IMG/VR virus record: IMGVR_UViG_3300024348_000001
Location: 32,001 to 96,000 of that record
Source of the DNA: a virus
DNA: 64,000 nucleotides
Reading direction: 5' to 3' (one strand)
A program made the position numbers and the translations under genes. Positions 28,484 to 37,009 of this stretch are shown here, one piece after another. A model generated the notes under the pieces. It was not told the DNA's origin, searched no databases, and saw nothing but the letters and a program-made list of their open reading frames with translations. How positions within the stretch are numbered: position 1 is the first letter of the stretch; each line of letters begins with the position of its first letter.

Positions 28484-28973
28484 TGGTCTGCCTCACCACG
28501 TCAATGATGCGCGTGGTGTGCAACTCACCACACATCTCTATATATTTGACGTTTTGAGCCAACTCTCCAAGCTTACAAGGGCTGTCTCGGTATTCAGCTC
28601 CCTTGACAAACGTCGTAGGTTTAAGCGCCTGCATAACGTCAGGCCACTCATCCGTCGAACCTTCAATGACGTAATCCACAAACTTGCACGCCAACAAAAT
28701 GTCTAATCGTTCGGCAAATGAATAGAAAGGTCTAGAGTCACCTTTTAACTTTTTCACAGACTCATCGGTGTCCAAACCGACAATCAACCGTGCACCCAGA
28801 TAATGTGCTTCACGCAACAAATGCACGTGCCCGGCGTGAAACAAATCAAAGCAACCCACAGTAAAAACTATGGGTTGCGAAAACTCTAGTGCCCGTAACT
28901 GGTTGAATGTTTCTACTTTGGACAAATCCACACCAATCGTAGTAATGTCATACCCGTTACGGAATATTCTCAT
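28434..28973 (-). CDS. Heptose-1-phosphate nucleotidyltransferase-like (HldC / RfaE domain II)
   Basis: GCFDLFHAGH, VGLDTDESVKKLKG..RP, ER...L, VKGAEY and TTRII motifs. Confidence 0.8.
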   Translation of the reverse strand: MRIFRNGYDITTIGVDLSKVETFNQLRALEFSQPIVFTVGCFDLFHAGHVHLLREAHYLGARLIVGLDTDESVKKLKGDSRPFYSFAERLDILLACKFVDYVIEGSTDEWPDVMQALKPTTFVKGAEYRDSPCKLGELAQNVKYIEMCGELHTTRIIDVVRQTNGHYGPRRCKVSKNAD

Positions 28974-30010
28974 TTCAACGCATCCTTGCGAGTTACTGTA
29001 GCTGTACCCGGCGTACGCACAGCTACTCCTGCTGCGCTCTGTGCAAAATCACATGCGGCAACAAACGGCATACCTTCCATCAGGCCCACAGCAAGACCAG
29101 CCAGAAACGTGTCGCCCGCTCCGCAAACGTCTGTCAGATTGGGGAGCAAATGCTTATACGGTGGAGGTGCGTAAATAAAATCACCGTCACACGTTGCGTA
29201 ACCCTTATCGCCAAACGTGATAACCAAACGTTTAAACAATACACCGTGACCTGCCACTTGCTGATTAAACACGTCATACACAGCGCGGTACACCAGTTCG
29301 GGTTCTGCATCAGGCGCAATAGGCTGTTCAGCAAACGCCAAATACTCCCGAGCCTGCCGTTCGTTAAACTTAAAAATCGTATCTTTAGAGCCCCACGCCT
29401 GCCAGTTAGAAAGGCGTCTGCCCGGGATATGTCTGCCCGGATCCACAATCAGTAATTTACCTTCAGCCGCAGCCACAATGCGCGCCCTGACATCCCCAGC
29501 CCGAGGTTCTAGACCAAAGAACCCCTTGTGGTAATCAGACACCACAAACACATCAACGTTACTGGGCCACTTCAGATCGTTGCCTGCTTCTTCGCTTCCA
29601 ATCAGGTTGACACTAGACGTCAGCCAGTGGTCATAAGGATCTACATCAAACCGGGTTATCCTTGGGCTCATCGTTTGCGTGATGTCGTTGTTTGTGATCC
29701 TGCATTTAATTACAGGTCGAACGCGCGTAGACGACACAATAGGCGTAACTCCTGCCAGTAACAACTGCTCACGCACAATGGCATAATCATCGCCACGAGC
29801 ACCTGCCGTATACAACGTTACAGCATTATCGTTCGGGCCAAACTTGCTTAGCGATTGCACATTCACTGCTACATTGGCTGCGCCGCCGGGAGTCGTGTGT
29901 CGAAAAGATACATTGGCTTTTAACGTCCCCGGCTGTTCGTAATTGTCTTTTACACTGTTAATTGTCAAATGACGGTCAATAATCGTGTCACCAAATACAG
30001 CGATGTTCAC
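28970..30010 (-). CDS. Heptose-7-phosphate kinase-like PfkB protein (HldA / RfaE domain I)
   Basis: GGAANVAVN, SDYHKG, VDP and DVCGAGDTF motifs; 4-nt overlap with the nucleotidyltransferase. Confidence 0.8.
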   Translation of the reverse strand: MNIAVFGDTIIDRHLTINSVKDNYEQPGTLKANVSFRHTTPGGAANVAVNVQSLSKFGPNDNAVTLYTAGARGDDYAIVREQLLLAGVTPIVSSTRVRPVIKCRITNNDITQTMSPRITRFDVDPYDHWLTSSVNLIGSEEAGNDLKWPSNVDVFVVSDYHKGFFGLEPRAGDVRARIVAAAEGKLLIVDPGRHIPGRRLSNWQAWGSKDTIFKFNERQAREYLAFAEQPIAPDAEPELVYRAVYDVFNQQVAGHGVLFKRLVITFGDKGYATCDGDFIYAPPPYKHLLPNLTDVCGAGDTFLAGLAVGLMEGMPFVAACDFAQSAAGVAVRTPGTATVTRKDALK

Positions 30011-30180
30011 TGATACACTCCTCTAATGTTTCCTGCGTCTGGTGATATGCGTCCCAGTGGTGGCTGGTAAGCATCTTCTTTAGATTTACAATCAGAACAC
30101 CTACGGACACGCGTAGAGTCAGGTGTGATAAATTTCCACTGACACCCAAGACACACACGTACCGTTGGAGTTGGTTGCAT
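30007..30180 (-). CDS. Small Zn-ribbon protein (57 aa, not in the ORF track)
   Basis: Hand translation contains CLGC...RRCSDC; GTGA overlap with the kinase start. Confidence 0.55.
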   Translation of the reverse strand: MQPTPTVRVCLGCQWKFITPDSTRVRRCSDCKSKEDAYQPPLGRISPDAGNIRGVYQ

Positions 30181-30182
30181 TG

Positions 30183-30746
30183 TCATTCCTCAGTAATTAA
30201 ATCGTCGTCATCGCATTTGTCACGGCATTCGCCAACAAATATGTCGCAAGGGTCGCCCTCGCCACTTGTTACGTACAATTTGCTTTTGTCTGCTTCGGCA
30301 TTTAACTTGTCGCTGTAAAGCTCGTCAAGGTAAGCCTCTCGGCTACCTATCCCGTTACAGTAAGAACAGGTCTTGTCGTAACGCGTCAACAACGTCCGAG
30401 CGTTTCTGTAATAACGAAACCAGCCGTGCTTTTCCAATTTCTTAAGATTACCCGCCAAATTAAATTCAGCAGCCCTTACGTGCGTCCTTGCAACGGCTTT
30501 TCTCCATTTCTTGAGAAGCCGTTTATTTGTCGTCTCAACTTTAGCTCGTCCTTTACATTGTGGACATGGCGCTAAATTACTGCACGCCCAAGGCATGTAA
30601 TACTTTCCACTAGGCATCAAACTAAATACCGAACCAATAAAAATCGAACGTTCAAACTGATCGTTCCACTCGTTCCACTGCCATTCCTCCCGGTCAAGAT
30701 CTTTTCTGACACGATCCCAATCAATACCTGTTTCTACAGCCGTCAT
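30183..30746 (-). CDS. Hypothetical protein with two CxxC motifs
   Basis: CPQC and CSYC; RBS and regulatory motif upstream. Confidence 0.7.
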   Translation of the reverse strand: MTAVETGIDWDRVRKDLDREEWQWNEWNDQFERSIFIGSVFSLMPSGKYYMPWACSNLAPCPQCKGRAKVETTNKRLLKKWRKAVARTHVRAAEFNLAGNLKKLEKHGWFRYYRNARTLLTRYDKTCSYCNGIGSREAYLDELYSDKLNAEADKSKLYVTSGEGDPCDIFVGECRDKCDDDDLITEE

Positions 30747-31087
30747 GGCATTTCCTTTCTATAAGTACTTACGATTTTGTTCTTCAATTCGTTGTTCCAT
30801 TCTTGATTCTTGGCAGGGTCACATCGCCATGAAATTATCACCCAGTCATCAATCGTGTCATCGTCATTAATTGTGTACGTCTCAACCACTTCGTACCGTC
30901 TAACTGTTCCAATAATCCGAGCCGTGCGCAATTCTACACGCTTGTCAGCCATGATCGCCAACGTGTAATGACCAATCTCTAAGTCTATTACTTTTAAGTA
31001 CTTAGGGTCATCAATCCATTTTTTGTAACGGTCACTTGCGTGTTTTTCGGCACTTGTAGGTTCACTAATTGGCACAAACACAAACAT
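30743..31087 (-). CDS. Hypothetical protein
   Basis: 114 aa, ATGA overlap. Confidence 0.65.
   Translation of the reverse strand: MFVFVPISEPTSAEKHASDRYKKWIDDPKYLKVIDLEIGHYTLAIMADKRVELRTARIIGTVRRYEVVETYTINDDDTIDDWVIISWRCDPAKNQEWNNELKNKIVSTYRKEMP
30762..30771 (-). promoter_or_regulatory. TAAGTACTTA palindromic motif
   Basis: 15 nt upstream of ATG 30746, just before the RBS. Confidence 0.55.
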
Positions 31088-31096
31088 AGGTTTTCC

Positions 31097-31378
31097 TTAT
31101 TTGTCAAACGACAGGAAATTACCATCTGCGCCCGTAATCGCAGCGATCAATTGCTCGTACGAATACGTGATGTCGTCGTATACATCTTTGTCTTTCAACA
31201 CAGAGATAGTGACAACATCATCGTCAAACTCAAAACGAATAGCTGTGTACCCCAAAGCTTCCGCTGTTGGGGTTTCAGTGACAACAACTGTGCGTTCGTC
31301 ACTAGCCAAAGGAATGGCTTTTTGTTTATTTCGTTTGTTGACGACGTGCACGCTTAGGTTTTGGTTCATCAGGCTCAC
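31097..31378 (-). CDS. Hypothetical protein
   Basis: 93 aa ORF in the run. Confidence 0.55.
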   Translation of the reverse strand: MSLMNQNLSVHVVNKRNKQKAIPLASDERTVVVTETPTAEALGYTAIRFEFDDDVVTISVLKDKDVYDDITYSYEQLIAAITGADGNFLSFDK

Positions 31379-31640
31379 CCCAGTTCATTTCTACAAGAAA
31401 GGCCCGCCAAGCCTCGATCAAGGTCTCACGGGGGCAAAGTACTTCTTTGTCACAGAAAGCGCTCACGCAGTCATAATCGAGGCCCGGAAAGGCACGTTTT
31501 AATTCTGCGTGTAAAAACTTGTACGCGTCAAAAAACACTGTGGCTTTGTAACACGTGCGGTAATGTTCTTCTACCACATCTAACCAACTTACCAAATCAC
31601 GGCGACCTTGAGCATCTTCACTGGCGTTATAGCACAACAT
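31326..31640 (-). CDS. Hypothetical protein
   Basis: 3' part of the 179-aa ORF; start reset to ATG 31640 to remove the overlap with the upstream gene. Confidence 0.5.
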   Translation of the reverse strand: MLCYNASEDAQGRRDLVSWLDVVEEHYRTCYKATVFFDAYKFLHAELKRAFPGLDYDCVSAFCDKEVLCPRETLIEAWRAFLVEMNWGEPDEPKPKRARRQQTK

Positions 31641-31665
31641 ATTTGTAGTTAGCTTAAACGGTATT

Positions 31666-32637
31666 TTATATTTTTGGATCGTCGCATTTGAGATTAATTC
31701 GTCGTCGGGTACTGGCGGAAGTTCGATCATGTAAAGATCCCCATGACTGTTGAAGGTGAAATTTCTTGTCCATGAGTCGGCGCATACCAAAGAGATACCC
31801 AACAACAGCGCCAGCATGAATGTCGGTAGATTGTTGCGACAAAAACAACGCGTCGTACAAACCATACGGAAACGTTAATGCTGAACCAAAAATAGACGTG
31901 GGATCAAAATCAGACGCTAGATGCCATTGAAACGCAACACGGGTACTGATTGACGACGGTAGTGGTGTCTGTAGTGCGTTGGTGTTGGTCAAATGCAACG
32001 ACAGTCGATTAACCGTGAACACGTTGCGTGCCTGTTGATAATCAAACCATGTCGTACTAAAACCACCTTGCGGTTCTGTCACACGACAATTTAACGAATC
32101 GGTTTCAAACCACAGTTGTTCGTAAGATCGTAACAACCTTGCGTTTGTTAAAAGTTGTGCCGCTAATTGTTCGGCATTAGCAACTGAAACAATCGATGGA
32201 ATAAAACTGTCGTCAAATGCATTGCAACCAAAGATTCCCGGAATAATTGGTGCTGACAAAACAAACGATTGACTAAAAGTTACGCCTACATATTTTACGT
32301 CGTTGCGTAAAAGCGCAGGTCGTAATTTGTCGCGACAGAAAATGTACATCTTTCGGAAGAAACAATACGGGCAAATAAAAGAACCACACCGAAAAGCACT
32401 AGCTTTAGTTTCTGCTGTCGGTAAATGGTTGCAATACAATAAACGTTTACTAAATTGTTGAGTTAATACGTCAGGTCCAACACGTTGCAACAATTTGCTA
32501 ATTGCGTTGTGACGATATTGTTTTAATCGTACAACTTGCTGGTTAAACGAAAGTTTTCGTTTGGTGTTGTTCAGTTTGGCATTTACAAAGATCGCATCAA
32601 GAGACGCTTTGTAAAACTTGTGTGGATCCCACGACAT
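31666..32637 (-). CDS. Hypothetical protein, possible degenerate rolling-circle Rep-like (HUH) protein
   Basis: RLLYC...FRC..ICPYC..RK then YVGVTF; no intact HUH motif; good RBS. Confidence 0.5.
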   Translation of the reverse strand: MSWDPHKFYKASLDAIFVNAKLNNTKRKLSFNQQVVRLKQYRHNAISKLLQRVGPDVLTQQFSKRLLYCNHLPTAETKASAFRCGSFICPYCFFRKMYIFCRDKLRPALLRNDVKYVGVTFSQSFVLSAPIIPGIFGCNAFDDSFIPSIVSVANAEQLAAQLLTNARLLRSYEQLWFETDSLNCRVTEPQGGFSTTWFDYQQARNVFTVNRLSLHLTNTNALQTPLPSSISTRVAFQWHLASDFDPTSIFGSALTFPYGLYDALFLSQQSTDIHAGAVVGYLFGMRRLMDKKFHLQQSWGSLHDRTSASTRRRINLKCDDPKI

Positions 32638-32653
32638 TTGGTGTATTCCCTCA

Positions 32654-32723
32654 AAGCGGGGCCTGCTTTAGCAGGCCACGCTTATCTACTTACGTAGTAA
32701 GTAGGTCGTCCTTTAGTAGACCT
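32654..32723. other. Tandem hairpins
   Basis: GGCCTGC-TTTA-GCAGGCC with flanking AAGCG/CGCTT; CTACTTAC-GTA-GTAAGTAG; AGGTC..GACCT. Confidence 0.6.
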
Positions 32724-32727
32724 TATC

Positions 32728-33005
32728 TTACAAACTTGCCATAACATTGCGTGCAGTAACAAGTTATGGCATCGAGTTGTGCTTTACATCCAAAACCTCA
32801 CAAACTTGACGTAAGTCCCTTATTCGATCAGTACATATGGCGTCGAGACAAAAATAATTACTTACGCGTTTGCGACAAACTAAGTTGTTTGTATTGAAGA
32901 AAGTAAGGTGGTTTTTAGCCAGTAAATTTGACGTAACATTGTGCGCACCATAGAGTTGTGTCATTTTATTGTGCTTTACATCCAAAACCTTACAAACTTG
33001 CCATA
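32728..33005. repeat. Direct repeats
   Basis: 32-bp TTGTGCTTTACATCCAAAACCTYACAAACTTG at 32777 and 32969 (1 mismatch); 16-bp TTACAAACTTGCCATA at 32728 and 32990. Confidence 0.85.
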
Positions 33006-33025
33006 TGTACGGATCGTTATTAGAC

Positions 33026-33313
33026 TTACGGCATTGCGGCTTCGATAAAAAATGCGCTTATTTCTTTCCAGTCAATTTTAGACAACGCATCGTTTAACAG
33101 TTCAGCGTGAAGGCCTGTGCATTCGTGTTGCGACAAGTCTTTTTCTAAAGCATTTGCTAATAACTGCGTTGCTTCTTCTACGTCGTTATCGTTGCGTTCT
33201 AGTAATTCTTTTGCTTCGTTGTCCCAATAATTAGTTGCGCCCTCTGTGCCGCCTATCCACATGTTGACAGCCCATGTTTCGTAGGTGGACCAGCCGTTGT
33301 ATTCTTTGTCCAT
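33026..33313 (-). CDS. Small acidic phage protein (YNGWxxYETW family)
   Basis: YNGWSTYETWAVNMW ... ALSKIDWKEI. Confidence 0.75.
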   Translation of the reverse strand: MDKEYNGWSTYETWAVNMWIGGTEGATNYWDNEAKELLERNDNDVEEATQLLANALEKDLSQHECTGLHAELLNDALSKIDWKEISAFFIEAAMP

Positions 33314-33425
33314 AAACGCAAACTCCTAGATTTGTCAGAACATACCGTAAAACATTAAGTATCAAAACGAACTCAACATCGTTTACACTAAAAGCAACGC
33401 ACATGTAAATACCTGAGGTTTTGCC

Positions 33426-34577
33426 ATGCCTACGTTAACCGCAGAACGCGCATTTTTTGGTTATAGAGGTTACAACGCTTCAGGTATTTGGGAAACCGGT
33501 TCTGGTACTTTAAATGCGCATATTGCCAGTGCGTTAGCTGCGTTAGCTACAGCTGTTACTAATCTTGACGACGCTAAAGTTGCGTTACCGTTAGCCAAAC
33601 AAGACGTAGTTGCCGCAAAAGCGGCTCTGGCTACTGCAATTATACTTTTTAAACAACGTAAAACTGATGCTTACGCTGCCGCTGCAATTACATTAAAAGA
33701 AGACCTTATCATTGCAAAAAAAACATACGATCAAAATAAAGCTTCAGCGCAAACTACGTATGATAACGTTAAAACACGCATTTCTGCACCGGAAACCGGA
33801 GAGTTAGCCGTACTTAAAACGGAATTAGACGCAGATAAAGCGACGCTAGTAACCGCTACAACAACTAAAGACAATGCGATTAACACTCCAACGACCGGCC
33901 TTAAAGCAGTTTTAGCAACAGCGTTAGCGTTGGCTAGATCTAATTTGGCTACAGCGCGAAGCACAGCGCAAGGAATTTATACGACAGCGTTGGAAACGTA
34001 CACAACTGACCGCGCAACGGCATTGTCTGCAATTACAACAGCTAAAGTTAATAAGAAAGCAGCATTAGCCGCAATTAACATTGCAAACGCAGCTATTGCC
34101 GCAGCTATTGCCGCTAACAACGCTGGAGCCGAAGCTACAGCACGCGCGCAATTAGCCGATGCAATAGCCGCGCAAAATGCAGCTATTCAAGCGGAAACAG
34201 ACGGACACGCTGCAATTGACGCGGCACTTGTTACACGTAATGCAGCATTGGTTACGCGCAACACTGCATACGATACAGCAAAAAGTACCGCAGACGCTGC
34301 TATTGCTGCGGCTAAAGAAACATTTGCAACAGATTTGGCAACTGTTATGGGCACGTTTAACACGGCTAAAGGCGTGTATGACGCAGCAAGTGCACAATAC
34401 ACATTGGATGTAGCTGACCTTAAAGCAGAACTTGCAACGGCGCTTGAACAACGAAACATTGCGTGGGGGTTGGCCAAAATAATTTTTGACGACATGACTA
34501 AAGACGCAAACGAAAATTTAATTGTTTTGAAACACGCTGCGGACGAAGCGTACAACGCCGCAATTGCAGATGCGTAA
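33426..34577 (+). CDS. Ala/Thr-rich long coiled-coil protein
   Basis: 383 aa open frame, GAGG RBS, 7/11-residue hydrophobic periodicity, followed by a hairpin. Confidence 0.75.
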   Translation: MPTLTAERAFFGYRGYNASGIWETGSGTLNAHIASALAALATAVTNLDDAKVALPLAKQDVVAAKAALATAIILFKQRKTDAYAAAAITLKEDLIIAKKTYDQNKASAQTTYDNVKTRISAPETGELAVLKTELDADKATLVTATTTKDNAINTPTTGLKAVLATALALARSNLATARSTAQGIYTTALETYTTDRATALSAITTAKVNKKAALAAINIANAAIAAAIAANNAGAEATARAQLADAIAAQNAAIQAETDGHAAIDAALVTRNAALVTRNTAYDTAKSTADAAIAAAKETFATDLATVMGTFNTAKGVYDAASAQYTLDVADLKAELATALEQRNIAWGLAKIIFDDMTKDANENLIVLKHAADEAYNAAIADA

Positions 34578-34616
34578 CGAAACGTCAGGACTTATGTGTA
34601 ATGCCTGACGTTTCGT
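34577..34616. terminator. Probable bidirectional terminator hairpin between convergent genes
   Basis: Perfect 13-bp stem ACGAAACGTCAGG/CCTGACGTTTCGT with a 14-nt loop. Confidence 0.6.
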
Positions 34617-34636
34617 AACATGTTTAACAATTAAAC

Positions 34637-34843
34637 TTATTCAGAACTACCACCGTGGTAAGTTCTGTCGTGTTGAGCGCCGCTTCTATAATCGTCGCCG
34701 CATTGACTAGAGCCTAATGGCAAGTCCATGCGACAAACAGAACACTCTCGGCCCCAAAATGCAACATCTTGCTCGGGCATAGGTTTTTTACAGCCGTCAC
34801 AAGGCACAGTAGGTATGTTTGGTACAATCTTTCGTTTAGGCAT
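34637..34843 (-). CDS. Small Cys-containing protein
   Basis: CDGC and CSVC motifs. Confidence 0.55.
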   Translation of the reverse strand: MPKRKIVPNIPTVPCDGCKKPMPEQDVAFWGRECSVCRMDLPLGSSQCGDDYRSGAQHDRTYHGGSSE

Positions 34844-34846
34844 GTG

Positions 34847-35203
34847 TTACTCCGTTAGTTGAGCTTCGATCTTTTCGGTCTTACCCATCCAAGGACATGG
34901 TTTGATTGTTACAAACCAATCTTTGAGCGACGGGATGTGGCCTAGATCTTCTTTGACATGGCGTTCCGCAATCCACCTTACAGGGATCTTTCGCCCTGTG
35001 GAAATTGTGATGGTGTGATCTGTTCCGCCAAATAATCTTTCGGCTTCGTAAATGCCTTGCGAATGGTGTCGCAAGGCACGGTGTCTAAAATCACCAAAGT
35101 GTTCTTTTGACGCGTCGAACCAGTCGTGGATTTGTATGTAATCCTCGACCGTTCCGCCCCATACTTTGACACAGCTCAAGGCATGGTGGTAGGGGTTGGC
35201 CAC
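34847..35203 (-). CDS. DUF6915-like protein
   Basis: MANPYHHA..WGG..DY..IHDWFD.SK..RHRALRHH..HVKEDLG. Confidence 0.75.
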   Translation of the reverse strand: MANPYHHALSCVKVWGGTVEDYIQIHDWFDASKEHFGDFRHRALRHHSQGIYEAERLFGGTDHTITISTGRKIPVRWIAERHVKEDLGHIPSLKDWFVTIKPCPWMGKTEKIEAQLTE

Positions 35204-35205
35204 GA

Positions 35206-35670
35206 TTAAACCTCTTCCGCTACGTTGTTAAGGTTGAACGTTCCTTCGACAACGTTTACGACGCGTTCGTTAAATTCACACCTAATTGCGCCGGTATCGA
35301 TGTTGTAATAGATTGTCCCGGATGTGCCTTCGTTAATTTCCCAGCCGGGAATATTTTGACTTAAAATGTCATACGTTACCGTCTCCAATGCGTCTGCAAG
35401 TGTTAGTTCTTTTTGTTTTATTATCGGTTCCCACTTGCCTTCGTGGTGTGCAAAACCTTCTTGTACGTCAAAATCGCCGATACTAAGCGTTGCCGGGTGT
35501 TTTGGCGGCATTGAGTCGTTGAACTGGAAATCCATGTCTTCGATTTGACCGCTGTCTCCGGAGCCGTCAAACGTTACGACAATCCGTGCGTAGTTAGATG
35601 CCTTGCACACCGACAGAACTTTGCGCCAAATATTCAAAGCATCGTCTTTCATAGTAATTTGCATAATCAT
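35206..35670 (-). CDS. DUF6878-like protein
   Basis: FDGSGDSGQIE ... GWEINEG.SG; adjacent to the DUF6915-like gene. Confidence 0.7.
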   Translation of the reverse strand: MIMQITMKDDALNIWRKVLSVCKASNYARIVVTFDGSGDSGQIEDMDFQFNDSMPPKHPATLSIGDFDVQEGFAHHEGKWEPIIKQKELTLADALETVTYDILSQNIPGWEINEGTSGTIYYNIDTGAIRCEFNERVVNVVEGTFNLNNVAEEV

Positions 35671-35683
35671 CCCATCCTTATGA

Positions 35684-36109
35684 TTAAACTTGTTTCTTTA
35701 TCTCGGCCAAGTCACACGTTCCTGTGCTAGTTTTTACACGGCTGAATTCACACTCAATTAAGCCGGTAGCCGTGTCGTATGTAATTGTTCCGGTGTTGCT
35801 GTTGCTACATTCCCATTTGTAAAAATTATTTATTAAAATTTCGTACGTTACTATTTTTAACGCGTCTGCAAATGTTAGTTCTTTTTGTTTAATTATTCGC
35901 GTACAGCTATCTGTACAAAATTCTTCTACATCAAAAACGCCAATACTATTGCAAAACTGAAAATCCGTGGTTTTAATTTGACCCTTGTCCCCATCGCCTT
36001 TAAACGTCACAACAATATCTTCGTGATCAAAATCTTCGCACAGCACTAAAATTTTGCGCCAAATATTCAAACCATTGTCTTCCATTTCAATTTTAAATGC
36101 CATGATCAT
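35684..36109 (-). CDS. Diverged tandem paralog of 35206..35670
   Basis: Shared NIWRK, IVVTF.G.GD.GQI and IIKQKELT.ADAL..VTY; start reset to ATG 36109. Confidence 0.7.
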   Translation of the reverse strand: MIMAFKIEMEDNGLNIWRKILVLCEDFDHEDIVVTFKGDGDKGQIKTTDFQFCNSIGVFDVEEFCTDSCTRIIKQKELTFADALKIVTYEILINNFYKWECSNSNTGTITYDTATGLIECEFSRVKTSTGTCDLAEIKKQV

Positions 36110-36309
36110 CCCATCCTTATGATTAATTCTTCTGCTCCAAACACTTTCTTCTCGCCGCAAGATTTACAGACACCACGACGCATGTCTGGCTCAACGCCAT
36201 GAGTTTCTGCGTGACAAGCGATGCAGAAACCTACGTTGTCGCCTGATTCACACGCCGCTATGATTCTGTCCAGATCTAGTTTTGGCACGGTGCGTTCCTC
36301 CTTGGCCAT
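36106..36309 (-). CDS. Small Zn-ribbon phage protein
   Basis: GFCIAC..GVEPD..CKSCG..VFGAEE. Confidence 0.7.
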   Translation of the reverse strand: MAKEERTVPKLDLDRIIAACESGDNVGFCIACHAETHGVEPDMRRGVCKSCGEKKVFGAEELIIRMG

Positions 36310-36545
36310 GACGAATACCTCTTATCGTTTCTGTCAATTTCCCCAATTACTGCATTGAGTATTGGAACTAGCGCTTCGTTCTCGGTAAGTATTTGCTTGT
36401 CTTCGTCCGGATCGTTTTGCTCTTTAATCATTTGTTTTAAAAGAGCTATGTCTCTTTGTGTTCCCAATACTGACAACGTAAACAAACTTTGTATCAGTTG
36501 TTGAATTGCAAATTTCGTGGAGCTCTGTAACTGCATTTGCATCAC
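36276..36545 (-). CDS. Hypothetical protein
   Basis: 89 aa ORF in the run. Confidence 0.55.
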   Translation of the reverse strand: MMQMQLQSSTKFAIQQLIQSLFTLSVLGTQRDIALLKQMIKEQNDPDEDKQILTENEALVPILNAVIGEIDRNDKRYSSWPRRNAPCQN

Positions 36546-36622
36546 TCCTCGAGTTATTAACCTTTAACGCCAAAGGCCACGGTTTTACCCGTGGCCCGTA
36601 CGTTAATCGTAAAAGCGTTGAC

Positions 36623-36928
36623 TTATCGGTAACGTACGCAGGCAAACCAGCCATTGCGGCCGCGAGACACTGCAATCTCTACTGGTGTTCTTTTCCCCCA
36701 GTAGCAGCAATTGTGAATGGCGTCTTGTGCGCTACGGGTGCTGAAACCCACACCTTCGTACCTGAACGATCCGCCGCGATGAGCCATACGTCCTGTTGAC
36801 GCAGACGCATTGGCGCTTGCTTGAGCCGAAAGGCCTCCTGCCGCCGATACAGGTGCAATCATCGAAACACTCAAAACCAAAGCCAACATAGCCATCCTGA
36901 CCATATGTCGAAATCCTTTCATGAACAT
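36623..36928 (-). CDS. Small secreted protein of a planctomycete-type family
   Basis: Signal peptide; EGVGFS...CCYWG.RTPVEI.V.RG.NGW motif (recalled, not searched). Confidence 0.65.
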   Translation of the reverse strand: MFMKGFRHMVRMAMLALVLSVSMIAPVSAAGGLSAQASANASASTGRMAHRGGSFRYEGVGFSTRSAQDAIHNCCYWGKRTPVEIAVSRGRNGWFACVRYR

Positions 36929-37009
36929 GCCATCATTGTCCGGCTCGTTCTAAGCCCGGGCCGCTATAACACTGTTTTAAGTTTTGTTTGTCAATACCGA
37001 TCGAGACTG

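Noticed and set aside
28008-28706. 232-aa plus-strand ORF
   Set aside because: Antisense to HldC and to two small minus-strand ORFs that fill the same space; no motifs
32777-33000. 32-bp direct repeats as a CRISPR array
   Set aside because: Only two full copies with a 160-bp gap, and no cas genes in the window
32998-33026. Plus-strand TTGCCA-17-TAGACT sigma70-like promoter
   Set aside because: Weak match inside a repeat, and 400 nt from the nearest plus-strand gene
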